DNA of 64,000 bases from Bdellovibrionales bacterium (GTDB taxonomy: Bacteria; Bdellovibrionota; Bdellovibrionia; Bdellovibrionales; JAGQZY01). The notes under the pieces are model-generated. The model was not told the DNA's origin. It made no database searches and worked only from the letters and a program-made list of their open reading frames with translations. Below are positions 39,369-48,982 of the stretch, piece by piece (position 1 is the first letter of the stretch; every line of letters begins with the position of its first letter). Position numbers and translations under genes: made by a program. The stretch lies in the NCBI GenBank assembly GCA_964230645.1, contig CAXRHT010000002.1:1504001-1568000 (forward strand), read 5' to 3'.

Positions 39369-39863
39369 ATGAATTTTGTAAAAAAGCTAAGCTTAGTTGT
39401 TTCCATTCTTACGATAAGCAGCACCTTCCACCTTCAGGTAGCACAAGCGGCTTCTGACACAGCTCAAGCACTCCAGCTGGTTTTGTCCCCAATCGCAATC
39501 ACTCAGGTTTCCGATCTCGACTTTGGTTCAGGCTATCCAGGAGATGCCGCTAGAACAGTTGCACCAGGCGTTGCTGAAAATGCTGAGAACGCTAGTTTCG
39601 CGGTATCTGGAGAAGCCAACACCGCTTACACCATTACCCTTCCTGCCGATGGAGTTGTTACGATGATTACCGGAGCGGGTGTGGTAGCCGATGAGCAAAT
39701 CGGTGTAAACGGATTTCTATCATTCCCCGCGGCCGGAGCTAATGGACTATTAGATGCTACCGGAAATCAAAACTTATTTGTAGGAGCCACAAGAGATGCC
39801 CTGCTAGCAACCCAAGTTGCCGGTTCCTACGCGGCCACCTTTACTGTAGATGTCGTTTATTAA
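39369..39863 (+). CDS. DUF4402-type pilin subunit, likely major
   Basis: Signal peptide, DLDFG, ASFAVSGE, LFVGAT, GSYAATFTVDVVY end; AAGGAG RBS. Confidence 0.8.
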   Translation: MNFVKKLSLVVSILTISSTFHLQVAQAASDTAQALQLVLSPIAITQVSDLDFGSGYPGDAARTVAPGVAENAENASFAVSGEANTAYTITLPADGVVTMITGAGVVADEQIGVNGFLSFPAAGANGLLDATGNQNLFVGATRDALLATQVAGSYAATFTVDVVY

Positions 39864-39874
39864 AAATCAATTTA

Positions 39875-39910
39875 GATGGTCGAGATTTAATTACAAGAAT
39901 CTCGACCATC
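39875..39910 (+). other. Perfect 13-bp stem-loop after the major pilin gene (mRNA stability or attenuation element)
   Basis: GATGGTCGAGATT / AATCTCGACCATC with no U-tract. Confidence 0.7.
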
Positions 39911-39959
39911 GGCAGGTTCATTCGTTGAGCCGCCCTAAATATGGAACTAAAATTTATCT

Positions 39960-40379
39960 ATGCTGAGTCGACGAACACTCACCTTATTTCTGCTAATTTT
40001 TCTTGTGGCACCCGTTAAGGCTGGGCCAATTTCAATCACTACAATATCCGATCTTCATTTTGGTATTGGATTTCCGGGAGATGGCACTAAAGTGGTTCCT
40101 CCTGACAATGTGGAAACCGCTGAAAACGCAAGTTTTCTAATTACTGGGGACCCGAATAGACGCTTTAGAATAACACTTCCAAGAAGAATTAACATGAACT
40201 CGCCTAACGGAACTCACTCCATTAGAGTGCGAAGATTTCGTTCATCTCCGAGTCGAAGAGGACGCTTAGATGCCACTGGAAGGGCCTTCTTATACATTGG
40301 AGCCACACGAAACGCTATTGGAGCGAATGTAGAATCTGGACTTTATCGTGGAGTATTTACGGTTACAGTAATTTATTAA
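39960..40379 (+). CDS. DUF4402-type pilin subunit, Arg-rich paralog
   Basis: DLHFG, ENASF, YIGAT, GLYRGVFTVTVIY; clearly paralogous to 39369. Confidence 0.8.
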   Translation: MLSRRTLTLFLLIFLVAPVKAGPISITTISDLHFGIGFPGDGTKVVPPDNVETAENASFLITGDPNRRFRITLPRRINMNSPNGTHSIRVRRFRSSPSRRGRLDATGRAFLYIGATRNAIGANVESGLYRGVFTVTVIY

Positions 40380-40395
40380 CATCATTGGAGAAAAA

Positions 40396-41202
40396 ATGCG
40401 GAAATTGACTCTTGTCGCCCTTACTCTTTTTTTTACAAACTCTAGCTTTGGCAATCTGCAGGTTTACCCGACCCGTCTATTTTTGAGTCCGCGTAGCAAG
40501 ACGGGTACGATTTCAATTAAACTTAAAACTGATGAACCTATGACCTATCGGGTTTCTACCATGTTTTACGAAATGCTACCTGATGGTAGTATGAAACAAC
40601 GACCAGATCTGGCTCGGAGCGAAGAATCAGCAAAAAAGTATCTAAGGTATTCGCCTAAAAGAATCTCCTTAAAACCTGGAGTGGAACAGGTCGTCAGAAT
40701 CAGCGCGAGACGCTTCAAAAGCATGTCTCGAAAAGAAGTAAGAACTCACCTCTATTTTCGACCTGAGGAAAAAACACCTAATAAGAACAAAAAAAACAAA
40801 CTTACCAAAAAGGAAAGTGCTTTCGACCTCAGAGCTCAAGTCGCTGTAGCTATACCAATAATTGTTAGCTCTGAACCATCAGAAAAACCACACTCTATTG
40901 AAAACTTTAAACTTTTTACTGAAAACGGAACGAATTACTTCTCCTTCAACCTTGTCAATAATTCCGAACGTTATCTCTATGGTGATATTAAGGTTTATAA
41001 AAACAATTCTGGTGACAGAAAACTTTTGACTGAAGTCAAAGGGATCTCCTCTTACATCCCCAAGCGTTTAATAAAGTTTTCACTCACTGAGTTAAACAAA
41101 GGTTCAATCCCAAATGGAGAATACTTGGCTGAATTTAATGAGTATTCAAGTGTGAAAAAAGAAGAGGGTAAAATCACTAAAGCTCAGTTCATCAAAAAAT
41201 AG
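40396..41202 (+). CDS. PapD-like periplasmic pilus chaperone
   Basis: LQVYPTRL, LRYSPKRISLKPG.EQVVRI, EVRTHLYF, VAIPIIV. Confidence 0.82.
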   Translation: MRKLTLVALTLFFTNSSFGNLQVYPTRLFLSPRSKTGTISIKLKTDEPMTYRVSTMFYEMLPDGSMKQRPDLARSEESAKKYLRYSPKRISLKPGVEQVVRISARRFKSMSRKEVRTHLYFRPEEKTPNKNKKNKLTKKESAFDLRAQVAVAIPIIVSSEPSEKPHSIENFKLFTENGTNYFSFNLVNNSERYLYGDIKVYKNNSGDRKLLTEVKGISSYIPKRLIKFSLTELNKGSIPNGEYLAEFNEYSSVKKEEGKITKAQFIKK

Positions 41203-41215
41203 AAGCGGTATTAAT

Positions 41216-43003
41216 ATGAATTTTAGTAAAGACGAAATTGCATTTCTTTTTAACCTGTCGAACAACTATATTTTGAGATTGAACAATAATTTTAAGATCG
41301 TCGAGTTTAACAAGCCATGGGAAGAAAGGTTTTTCAACTCACCTACGTCTAAAAAAAGTTTCTTTGAATTTTGCCACCCCAAAGATCAAGAAAAATGCAA
41401 AAGTGTTCTGAAAGCTGTTATGCAGGAGAAAAAAACTAACACCTTTTATCTTCGATTTTGTACAGAGTCCGGAGAAACCCGATTTATCTCTTGGAAAATT
41501 GGCTTTCAACAGAACGAATTTTTTGTCATTGGCACAGATAAAACTGAGGGGGAATTGCAGAAAAGATATTTCTCTGAAATACAAGAGGCCGCTAAAATTG
41601 GTTATTGGCGCCTTGATTTAAAGACTCAAAATCCAATATGGAGTAAAAAAACTTATGACATCCACGGGGTCGAAGTTGGAACTCCGGTTGATTTAGGGAA
41701 GGCTTTGGATTTCTTCACCCCAACCTCTCGAGCAGTTGTTGAAGCAAAAGTTCAGGACGCCATTGGAAAAGGTATCTCCTACGATGAAGAGCTGGAATTC
41801 ATAAATGCGCGCGGCGAAAATCTATGGGTTCGGGCAGTCGGCAAACCGGTCATTGTGGATGACGAGGTCATTGAGCTTTATGGAGTTTTTCAAGATATTA
41901 CAGAGCGAAAACTCGCCAAAATTCAACTCGAGTATGTCTACGAAATGGCTGGTGATGGGTTCTGGGATTGGCACATCAAAGATGACTATGAGTACATGTC
42001 CCCTCGTTTTTGGGATATTTTAGGCTTCTCACCTTCAGAAAAGAAACATCACCCTTCCGAATGGCAAGAACTCATGTTTGAAGAAGATCTCAAAATATCT
42101 TTGGATAATTTTGAAAAACACGTTGCTACTAAAGGAGCCCATCCCTTTTGGCAGGAAGTGCGTTATAGACACAAAGACGGCTCAACAGTTTGGGTAGTTT
42201 GCAAAGGTAAAGTCATTGAGTGGGATGAAAACAATCAAGCGGTCCGTATGATCGGTACGCACACAGATATAACCAGTCTTAAAAAAGCACAAGTTCGCTT
42301 AACTGAAACAGCGAAACTTTCTGCACTCGGCGAAATGGCCGGCGGTATCGCTCATGAGATAAATAACCCTCTTGCCATCATTGCTACTAATTCCGTTTTA
42401 ATGAAACTCTTACTGGAGAATCCCGAAAAAACAGATAACAAAAAATTGTTAGAATCTGTAAATACTATCGAGAGAACAGTTAAAAGAATTTCCAAGATTG
42501 TAGATGGGATGCGGCAACTCCTGCGCAACCAAGGTAAAAAAGTTTTCAAAGAACATAGTACCCACGAAGTTATTGATAAATCGCTGGCTCTTTGTACGGA
42601 AAAAATTAAATCAAAATGTATCGAACTCAAAGTTAACACTGCTGAGGACACGCTAATATACTGTAATCTCACGCAAATCACTCAAGTCCTTATCAACTTA
42701 ATTAGTAACTCTATCGATGCAATCGAAGATAGCTCAACTCCATGGCTCCAAATAGAGACTCGAACAGGTAGAAATAGCACCCAAATCGTTGTGACCGATT
42801 CCGGACCAGGAATACCATTGAAACATCAAAAAAAGCTATTTGAACCGTTCTACTCGACTAAAGATGTTACAAAAGGAACAGGTCTAGGTCTCAGTATTTC
42901 CAGAGAGATTTTAGAAAATCATGGCGGTACGCTCTTCTTAAATGTTGACTGCCCTAACACAAGTTTTATTATTGAGTTACCCAATAACGCTTTATCAAAG
43001 TAG
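41216..43003 (+). CDS. Cytoplasmic multi-PAS sensor histidine kinase
   Basis: Three PAS-like domains; GEMAGGIAHEINNPL H-box, N-box, DSGPG, GTGLGL. Confidence 0.93.
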   Translation: MNFSKDEIAFLFNLSNNYILRLNNNFKIVEFNKPWEERFFNSPTSKKSFFEFCHPKDQEKCKSVLKAVMQEKKTNTFYLRFCTESGETRFISWKIGFQQNEFFVIGTDKTEGELQKRYFSEIQEAAKIGYWRLDLKTQNPIWSKKTYDIHGVEVGTPVDLGKALDFFTPTSRAVVEAKVQDAIGKGISYDEELEFINARGENLWVRAVGKPVIVDDEVIELYGVFQDITERKLAKIQLEYVYEMAGDGFWDWHIKDDYEYMSPRFWDILGFSPSEKKHHPSEWQELMFEEDLKISLDNFEKHVATKGAHPFWQEVRYRHKDGSTVWVVCKGKVIEWDENNQAVRMIGTHTDITSLKKAQVRLTETAKLSALGEMAGGIAHEINNPLAIIATNSVLMKLLLENPEKTDNKKLLESVNTIERTVKRISKIVDGMRQLLRNQGKKVFKEHSTHEVIDKSLALCTEKIKSKCIELKVNTAEDTLIYCNLTQITQVLINLISNSIDAIEDSSTPWLQIETRTGRNSTQIVVTDSGPGIPLKHQKKLFEPFYSTKDVTKGTGLGLSISREILENHGGTLFLNVDCPNTSFIIELPNNALSK

Positions 43004-43008
43004 GTTGC

Positions 43009-43371
43009 GTGACAAAAATACTGATCGTCGATGACGAAACAAATGTTTGTGAAACACTTAAAAGTATTTTAGAAATTGCTGGAGATTACGAAATTTTCAC
43101 AGCAAACAATGGTCTTGATGGTTTAAGGATATACGAAGAGTCTCGACCTGATCTTTTAATCACGGATATTAAGATGCCAGTTCGAGACGGCCTTTGGTTA
43201 ATCGATCATGTACGCTCTGATAACAGAGACATTCCAATAATAATGATGTCAGGTTTCACCTCTGCCACCTTCGAAGAGATTGAAAGTCGAAAGACGCAAG
43301 CCTTCATAAGAAAGCCTCAGGACATGTCCGATATCTTAGGAATCGTTGGCAATGTTCTTCAAGCCAGTTGA
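43009..43371 (+). CDS. Single-domain response regulator
   Basis: IVDDE, TDIKMP..DG, RKP. Confidence 0.9.
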   Translation: MTKILIVDDETNVCETLKSILEIAGDYEIFTANNGLDGLRIYEESRPDLLITDIKMPVRDGLWLIDHVRSDNRDIPIIMMSGFTSATFEEIESRKTQAFIRKPQDMSDILGIVGNVLQAS

Positions 43372-43374
43372 ATC

Positions 43375-44211
43375 CTAGGTATTAGTGACAAGCGCACTTG
43401 TGAAAATATAGAACTGGTGGGAATTGATTTCAAATTCAAAAGCGACTCCGATAAAACTCTCGAGTCCGCCATTTTCTATTGATAATTGAGTTCCGACAGG
43501 ATTGCGAGAGGACTTCTTTCTCTCTGCATAATTCATAAATTCCATAAGTCTTCTATATATTCCTTTGGTGATATCATCTCCAGAGCTTTCACTTTCGATC
43601 ACAGGCTGAAAGGGCTTATCAACAGAGAGAGCTATTACACGAAAGCCTAGATCATCATCGATCACTTTTCGAACCACGAACCTATGCTCGATCTTCTCAC
43701 CTTGCTTCTTCAGGAAGGCTCTTTTTTGTGAAATCTCTGTCTCGCCATCTTGGTCCTGAAAAAAGTTATTAATATTTTCATAAATAAGATTGGCTCCATT
43801 AACCGGTATACGACTTTTATTAGATTTTACCTTCAACTGGTCTTCGACAATTTTAACTAGCTTATTGGGGTCGTATGGTTTTTCGACGATAATTAGATAA
43901 TCAAACATATCCAAAGAATACGTTTCCACTTTTCCCGACAAGACTATGATAGGTGTGTGTTCATTCAAAACATTTCGCCGGATAGAGTTGATCAATGAAA
44001 CACCCTCTTTTCGAGGCATATTGAGGTCTGTTATTATACAGTCGAATTTTTGTTGAGATATTTTCGACGTGGCTTCGATTCCATCTTTGGCTGTTTGGAA
44101 TCGAACGTCACTGCCTAGAAACTCTGTGAACAGACTAATAAGAGACGTACAAATATCCTCTTCATCATCAACGATTAAAATCCACTTCAAATTCTTCGTC
44201 TCTATATCCAT
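43375..44211 (-). CDS. Response regulator with unrecognised C-terminal domain
   Basis: IVDDE, TDLNMP, EKP receiver. Confidence 0.8.
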   Translation of the reverse strand: MDIETKNLKWILIVDDEEDICTSLISLFTEFLGSDVRFQTAKDGIEATSKISQQKFDCIITDLNMPRKEGVSLINSIRRNVLNEHTPIIVLSGKVETYSLDMFDYLIIVEKPYDPNKLVKIVEDQLKVKSNKSRIPVNGANLIYENINNFFQDQDGETEISQKRAFLKKQGEKIEHRFVVRKVIDDDLGFRVIALSVDKPFQPVIESESSGDDITKGIYRRLMEFMNYAERKKSSRNPVGTQLSIENGGLESFIGVAFEFEINSHQFYIFTSALVTNT

Positions 44212-44284
44212 GACCGTAAATAGATTCTAATTATAATTCTCAGAGACTTCAAACTCTACATTGTTGATGAGTGCAGATATAAGG

Positions 44285-44319
44285 CTTTGGTCCAACCCTA
44301 AAAAGGAGTAGGACCAAAG
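44285..44319 (-). terminator. Hairpin downstream of the helicase gene
   Basis: CTTTGGTCC...GGACCAAAG. Confidence 0.45.
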
Positions 44320-44324
44320 AAGAA

Positions 44325-46010
44325 CTATTTTTTAGATCCGCCGAAAAGGCCTTTTAAAGCACCAGTGACTTTACCGACAAGCCCTGAACTGTTGGACTTC
44401 TCTTTTGATGAAGCCGGCTTTTTGCCTGTGCGAGCTTTTTGTTTGTATTTCTTCTGCCCAGAAGAATTATTGCGTCTTTTCTTTGAGCTTTTGCCAGAGT
44501 CTTTTTTACTTTTATGACGACCCGAACGCTTGTCGCGATGGACCTGCTTGCTAGACTCTTTGTTTTCATCTTCGTTTCTTTTTGAACGAGGTTTGTTGGA
44601 CTTTTTAGACTTGTCTGATTTTTTCGAATCCTTGGAGTCTTTTGAATCCTTAGAGTCTTTGCTTCCTTTTTTCTTTCGATCGTCTTTTTTCCGATCATCT
44701 TTTTTGCGGCCGCCACGGTCGTTTTTACCACGACGCCCTTTGGATGACTTGCGGGAATCTCCCTTTTTACCACCACGACTTTTCTTCACAAACAGTTCTC
44801 CTTTGGGGAAAGCCTCGTAATCTTTCGGAAGCTCTTCATCTTCCATCCAGTCAGCTTCCACAGACCGCCCCAGGTATTTATGGATGCGGTCAAGGGCCTC
44901 AACGTCTTTGTCAGAAACAAAGCTAAAGGCTTTTCCTTTTTCACCCGCTCGCCCCGTTCTGCCGATACGATGAACATAGTTTTCTGCATCATCAGGTAGC
45001 TCATAGTTGATAACTAGGTCGACACCTTCAACGTCGAGTCCACGAGCGGCCACGTCAGTGGCTACTAAAATATTTTCTCCGCCGTCTTCACGAAAACGAC
45101 TCATCACACGTGTTCTTTGTGACTGGGAAAGCAAACTCGAAATCCCAACAGCCTTGTGATTGTTTTTATTTAAAAACTCGGCCACACGCTCGACCTGGCT
45201 TTTAAAGTTGGTAAAGATGATGACCTGCTTAGGCTTAAGACGCTCCAAAATTCCAAGAAGATGTCCTGGCTTCTCATCGCGTCCAAGGTGAAAAATTTTG
45301 TCATCCACGTTGTCAGCCGTTTTTTTATCTTCAGAAACTTTAATCTCAACAGGATTAGCCCCAAACTGATAGGCCACGTTAAAGACATCGAGATTCAAGG
45401 TGGCACTAAAAAGAAGAAGCTGTCTGTTCTCGGGGATTCTTCTTAAGATGTATTTCATATCATCTTTAAATCCCATATCGAACATTCGATCGGCCTCATC
45501 AAAGGTGATGGAGCGGACTTGTTTTAAATCCACTTTGTGGTTTTTATAAAGATCAATCAATCGACCGGGTGTCGCGATTAAAAAGGTGAAGCCTTTTTCC
45601 AATTGTTGAATTTGTTTGTCGATGGAAACCCCACCATAAACGACAACCACTCGGTGATCGGTGCCTTTTAAGAAATCGAGAGCCACCTCTTTGACTTGTT
45701 CGGCTAACTCTCTAGTAGGTACTAAAACCAAATTGAAATGATTATGTTCCCAATTCTCAAAGCCTCTTTTATCAATGTCTTCATCACCTGTGGGTTTGCC
45801 AGAGCGTAGAACTCTTTCTATGAGAGGTAAAAGAAAGGCCGCTGTTTTCCCGGTTCCCGTCTGAGCAAGACCAGCCACATCCTGACCGGTTAAGACAAGG
45901 GGAATAGCTTTTTCCTGTATTGGCGTGGTTTTATCGAAACCCAGCTGCTCGAGGGCTCCATTCAGGTGATCATCTAATTTGTATTCGCTAAACTGTTTTC
46001 CTAGATCCAT
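44325..46010 (-). CDS. DEAD-box RNA helicase with long basic tail
   Basis: Q motif, AQTGTGKT, PTRELA, DEAD, SAT, ARGLD, HRIGRTGR. Confidence 0.95.
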   Translation of the reverse strand: MDLGKQFSEYKLDDHLNGALEQLGFDKTTPIQEKAIPLVLTGQDVAGLAQTGTGKTAAFLLPLIERVLRSGKPTGDEDIDKRGFENWEHNHFNLVLVPTRELAEQVKEVALDFLKGTDHRVVVVYGGVSIDKQIQQLEKGFTFLIATPGRLIDLYKNHKVDLKQVRSITFDEADRMFDMGFKDDMKYILRRIPENRQLLLFSATLNLDVFNVAYQFGANPVEIKVSEDKKTADNVDDKIFHLGRDEKPGHLLGILERLKPKQVIIFTNFKSQVERVAEFLNKNNHKAVGISSLLSQSQRTRVMSRFREDGGENILVATDVAARGLDVEGVDLVINYELPDDAENYVHRIGRTGRAGEKGKAFSFVSDKDVEALDRIHKYLGRSVEADWMEDEELPKDYEAFPKGELFVKKSRGGKKGDSRKSSKGRRGKNDRGGRKKDDRKKDDRKKKGSKDSKDSKDSKDSKKSDKSKKSNKPRSKRNEDENKESSKQVHRDKRSGRHKSKKDSGKSSKKRRNNSSGQKKYKQKARTGKKPASSKEKSNSSGLVGKVTGALKGLFGGSKK

Positions 46011-46096
46011 TTAAACTCGTTGATATCTGTGCTGTATTAAAATTCTCTCTCAAACCATTGAGCAGTGAATCATTTTAAGCAATTTTAGACGTTCTA

Positions 46097-46918
46097 TCAC
46101 TGCTTTAGATCCCCCGCAATATTGAAAAACTCCCTCAGGAAACGAATCACCTCCCGTGGCTTCTCTGCGTGGACCCAGTGACCGGCTCCTGGCACCTCTC
46201 GACCTTGGATATTTTCATTGTTGGCCACAACTTTTTCAAAATCTTCCTTGGGAAGATCGGTTGAAACCCCACCACGAATCAATAATGTGGGCATGGTGAG
46301 ACTTTTAAACTCACCCCAATGATCTTTACTGCGGGAATTTTCAAGAGTGTTGACGACCCCCTTTTTTGAAAAAGTCCAGTCATATTGGCCATTTCGATCG
46401 GTGAGATTAGAATAAAAGAACTCTGTGAGCATTTTGCTCTGATACTTCGCTAGGAACTCATCATCGAAGAACGCGCGGGCTTTTTTCCTGGATTCAAAAG
46501 GTGTCGGCACAAAGTTTACTTTTTCAATAATTCCCTGCATGGAGCCCCAATCGGAGGTCGGTCCGATATCCACAATCACTAATTTTTCCACCCTCTCAGG
46601 GTGCTCATTAGCAAATTGCAGAGCCACGCGCCCTCCCATGGAGTGGCCCACTAGATAAATGGGAGACGTCCAGCTTAATTCATCGAGGACACCCAGCAAG
46701 TCTTGGGCATAGTCTTTGAGCTCATAACCACTCTCTGGATGGGAAGATTTGCCATGCCCCCGTTGATCGAGCAGCAAACACTGGAAATTTTTTGAAAAGT
46801 TTTTAGCAATGCTCTGCCAGTTCCTTCCCTGTCCCATGATTCCATGTAAAAATATTAATTTTGGAGATGTGTCCTCACCTATAATTTGATAGTGAATAGG
46901 ATTCTGATTTTGAGCCAT
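46097..46918 (-). CDS. Alpha/beta hydrolase (YbfF-like esterase)
   Basis: FLHG, DQRGHG, GHSMGG, AGHWVHAE. Confidence 0.9.
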   Translation of the reverse strand: MAQNQNPIHYQIIGEDTSPKLIFLHGIMGQGRNWQSIAKNFSKNFQCLLLDQRGHGKSSHPESGYELKDYAQDLLGVLDELSWTSPIYLVGHSMGGRVALQFANEHPERVEKLVIVDIGPTSDWGSMQGIIEKVNFVPTPFESRKKARAFFDDEFLAKYQSKMLTEFFYSNLTDRNGQYDWTFSKKGVVNTLENSRSKDHWGEFKSLTMPTLLIRGGVSTDLPKEDFEKVVANNENIQGREVPGAGHWVHAEKPREVIRFLREFFNIAGDLKQ

Positions 46919-46919
46919 T

Positions 46920-48089
46920 ATGAACCTGAGTGTCGAAGAAGTGAAACATAAGCTACCATTAAATCAAGAGTGGATCGATCCACAGGCCCTGAAGTTAGTT
47001 AAAAAACTTCAAAGCCACAACCACACCACATATCTTGTGGGTGGGTGCGTCAGAGATCTTCTTATTGGCTTACCTCCTAAAGATTTTGATATCGCCACTT
47101 CGGCTCTTCCCAAAGAGGTGAACAAAATCATACGTCCGTCCTATATTATTGGACGACGCTTCAAGCTCGTGTTGGTGAAACGCTATGGGGAACAGTACGA
47201 AATCTCCACCTTCCGCACCCAAAGTGACGACGAAGATGAAGAGGGAAGCCTCATTACCGACGACAACACTTTTGGAACATCAGAGGACGATGCCAGAAGG
47301 CGAGATTTCACCATCAATAGCTTTTTCTATGATCCGGTCGAGCAAGAACTGATCGATTATTGTGGTGGCCTAAAAGATATCGAGAAGCGAGTGGTCCGAA
47401 TGATAGGCGATCCCGAAATTCGTATTCAGGAGGATCCTCTAAGAATGCTCAGAGCCATTCGCTTTGCCTATAAATCGCAATTCTCGATTGAGCCAACATT
47501 AAGAGAGGCTATTTTTAATTTGGCCGACCAAATTCAGCTCACCGTACTTCCTAGAAAAAGAGAAGAGCTTTTAAAGTTTTTAAGGCTGGATTCAGCCGCT
47601 CAAATTCTGTGGGAGTGTCACGACTTAAACCTTTTAAAACATTTAAGCCCCACACTTGATGAAGCTTTAAATGGGGAAAATGCCGATCTTTTTATTTCTA
47701 ATCTTAATAAGGGACTGAATAAAGTCACCGACGACTCCAACTCCCACGAACTTTTCGCGGTTTTACTCTTTTCTCTTATCAATTCCCGCTATCCTGATTT
47801 TTGTGAAAAGCTGGACATGAGTAAAAACCAAAAAGAATCTTTGAGTCATATTTTAAGAGAAGAATGGGGCATGTTTCGAAACGAACAGGACTTATTTTTT
47901 CAGTCTTTAAGATTCATCCAGCAACTAAGAGACATCAAATCCGTTAAAAAACTGAGAAACCGCTACATTGCTCATTTATCAAAAAGCAATAGCATGCCAA
48001 TTGCCCTTACTCTTTCTATTGCCTACAAGCTCCTTCCCGAGAATGAGATCTACTACTGGTTGGGCCAGTACTGGAAAGAAAACGGTTAA
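46920..48089 (+). CDS. pcnB: Poly(A) polymerase I
   Basis: VGGCVRD, PKDFDIAT, IIGRRF signature, RRDFTIN, EDPLRMLRA. Confidence 0.88.
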   Translation: MNLSVEEVKHKLPLNQEWIDPQALKLVKKLQSHNHTTYLVGGCVRDLLIGLPPKDFDIATSALPKEVNKIIRPSYIIGRRFKLVLVKRYGEQYEISTFRTQSDDEDEEGSLITDDNTFGTSEDDARRRDFTINSFFYDPVEQELIDYCGGLKDIEKRVVRMIGDPEIRIQEDPLRMLRAIRFAYKSQFSIEPTLREAIFNLADQIQLTVLPRKREELLKFLRLDSAAQILWECHDLNLLKHLSPTLDEALNGENADLFISNLNKGLNKVTDDSNSHELFAVLLFSLINSRYPDFCEKLDMSKNQKESLSHILREEWGMFRNEQDLFFQSLRFIQQLRDIKSVKKLRNRYIAHLSKSNSMPIALTLSIAYKLLPENEIYYWLGQYWKENG

Positions 48090-48232
48090 AACACCTGCTA
48101 AGCAAAAGTCCAGTCACAGACCAGGCTTAATAGGAAGCCTTTGGGATAGAATCTTAATCCCCAAGAATCATAAGCCATAGAAATCAGCGAACAATAGTGG
48201 TATAGTTAGGGAAACTCTCACAGGAGGACACA

Positions 48233-48472
48233 ATGGGTGTAGGTGGAGGTCAAATTCTCATAATTGCCATCATTTTGGTGGTCCTTTTTGTCGCGCCAGC
48301 CAGACTTCCCGGACTCGGTAAATCTTTAGCCCAAGCTATTAAAGGTTTCAAAAAGGGAATCACAGACGACGATGATGAAACAGACGTGACGGAGTCAGTT
48401 AAAAGAGAAAAGCTTGATGAAAGCGAATCTGAGCCCGTTGCAAAGAAAAAAACAGAAAAGGAGAAAGTTTAA
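48233..48472 (+). CDS. tatA: Twin-arginine translocase TatA/E subunit
   Basis: TM helix then RLP.LGKSLAQAIKGFKK; AGGAGG RBS. Confidence 0.9.
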   Translation: MGVGGGQILIIAIILVVLFVAPARLPGLGKSLAQAIKGFKKGITDDDDETDVTESVKREKLDESESEPVAKKKTEKEKV

Positions 48473-48505
48473 AACTTTCTCCCCCTCACTTCTTGGAGCC
48501 AAATC

Positions 48506-48982
48506 TTGTCTCCCTTTTTTCTTACTATTTTCAAAGATAAAAAATTAATATTTGCTTTACTGGGCCTAGTTATAATCGGAGGCCTCATTGCAAGCTTTGG
48601 TCCCGAAGACTCTTTAGATGCCAAACTTTACTACAGCGGCAATGAAGCTAGTCTTTTCTTCAGTTCTCTCTCTGAGGCAGCCGTTCAGAAGTATAAAAAT
48701 CAAGAAGTCCTCGATTTGTTCTTTATCTTCTTTTACACCACAATTTTTTACAGACTTTTACGACTCAGAAAGCCCGAAAGAGCTTTCCTACTTTGTTTAA
48801 TCCCAGGAATACTGGATTATTCTGAGACACTTAGCATTCTTTATTATCTTTTAAATGCCCAAAGCCCCATACCCCTTAATTGGCTGGGGTATGTCACATT
48901 CCTTAAATGGTTCTCAGGCTTTTTACTAAGCCTCTATATTGCTTTTATTTTAGTGACTGGGCCGCTTCGACAATCGCGCTAA
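48506..48982 (+). CDS. Membrane hypothetical protein
   Basis: Four hydrophobic segments, LDAKLYYS and DYSE motifs. Confidence 0.55.
   Translation: MSPFFLTIFKDKKLIFALLGLVIIGGLIASFGPEDSLDAKLYYSGNEASLFFSSLSEAAVQKYKNQEVLDLFFIFFYTTIFYRLLRLRKPERAFLLCLIPGILDYSETLSILYYLLNAQSPIPLNWLGYVTFLKWFSGFLLSLYIAFILVTGPLRQSR

Noticed and set aside
35760..44320. Pilus block as an active mobile element
   Set aside because: No integrase, transposase, tRNA or flanking direct repeat seen
44580..44710. Short tandem repeats (GAATCCTT.GAGTCTTT)
   Set aside because: These encode KDS/KKDDR low-complexity protein tail; no spacers, not CRISPR
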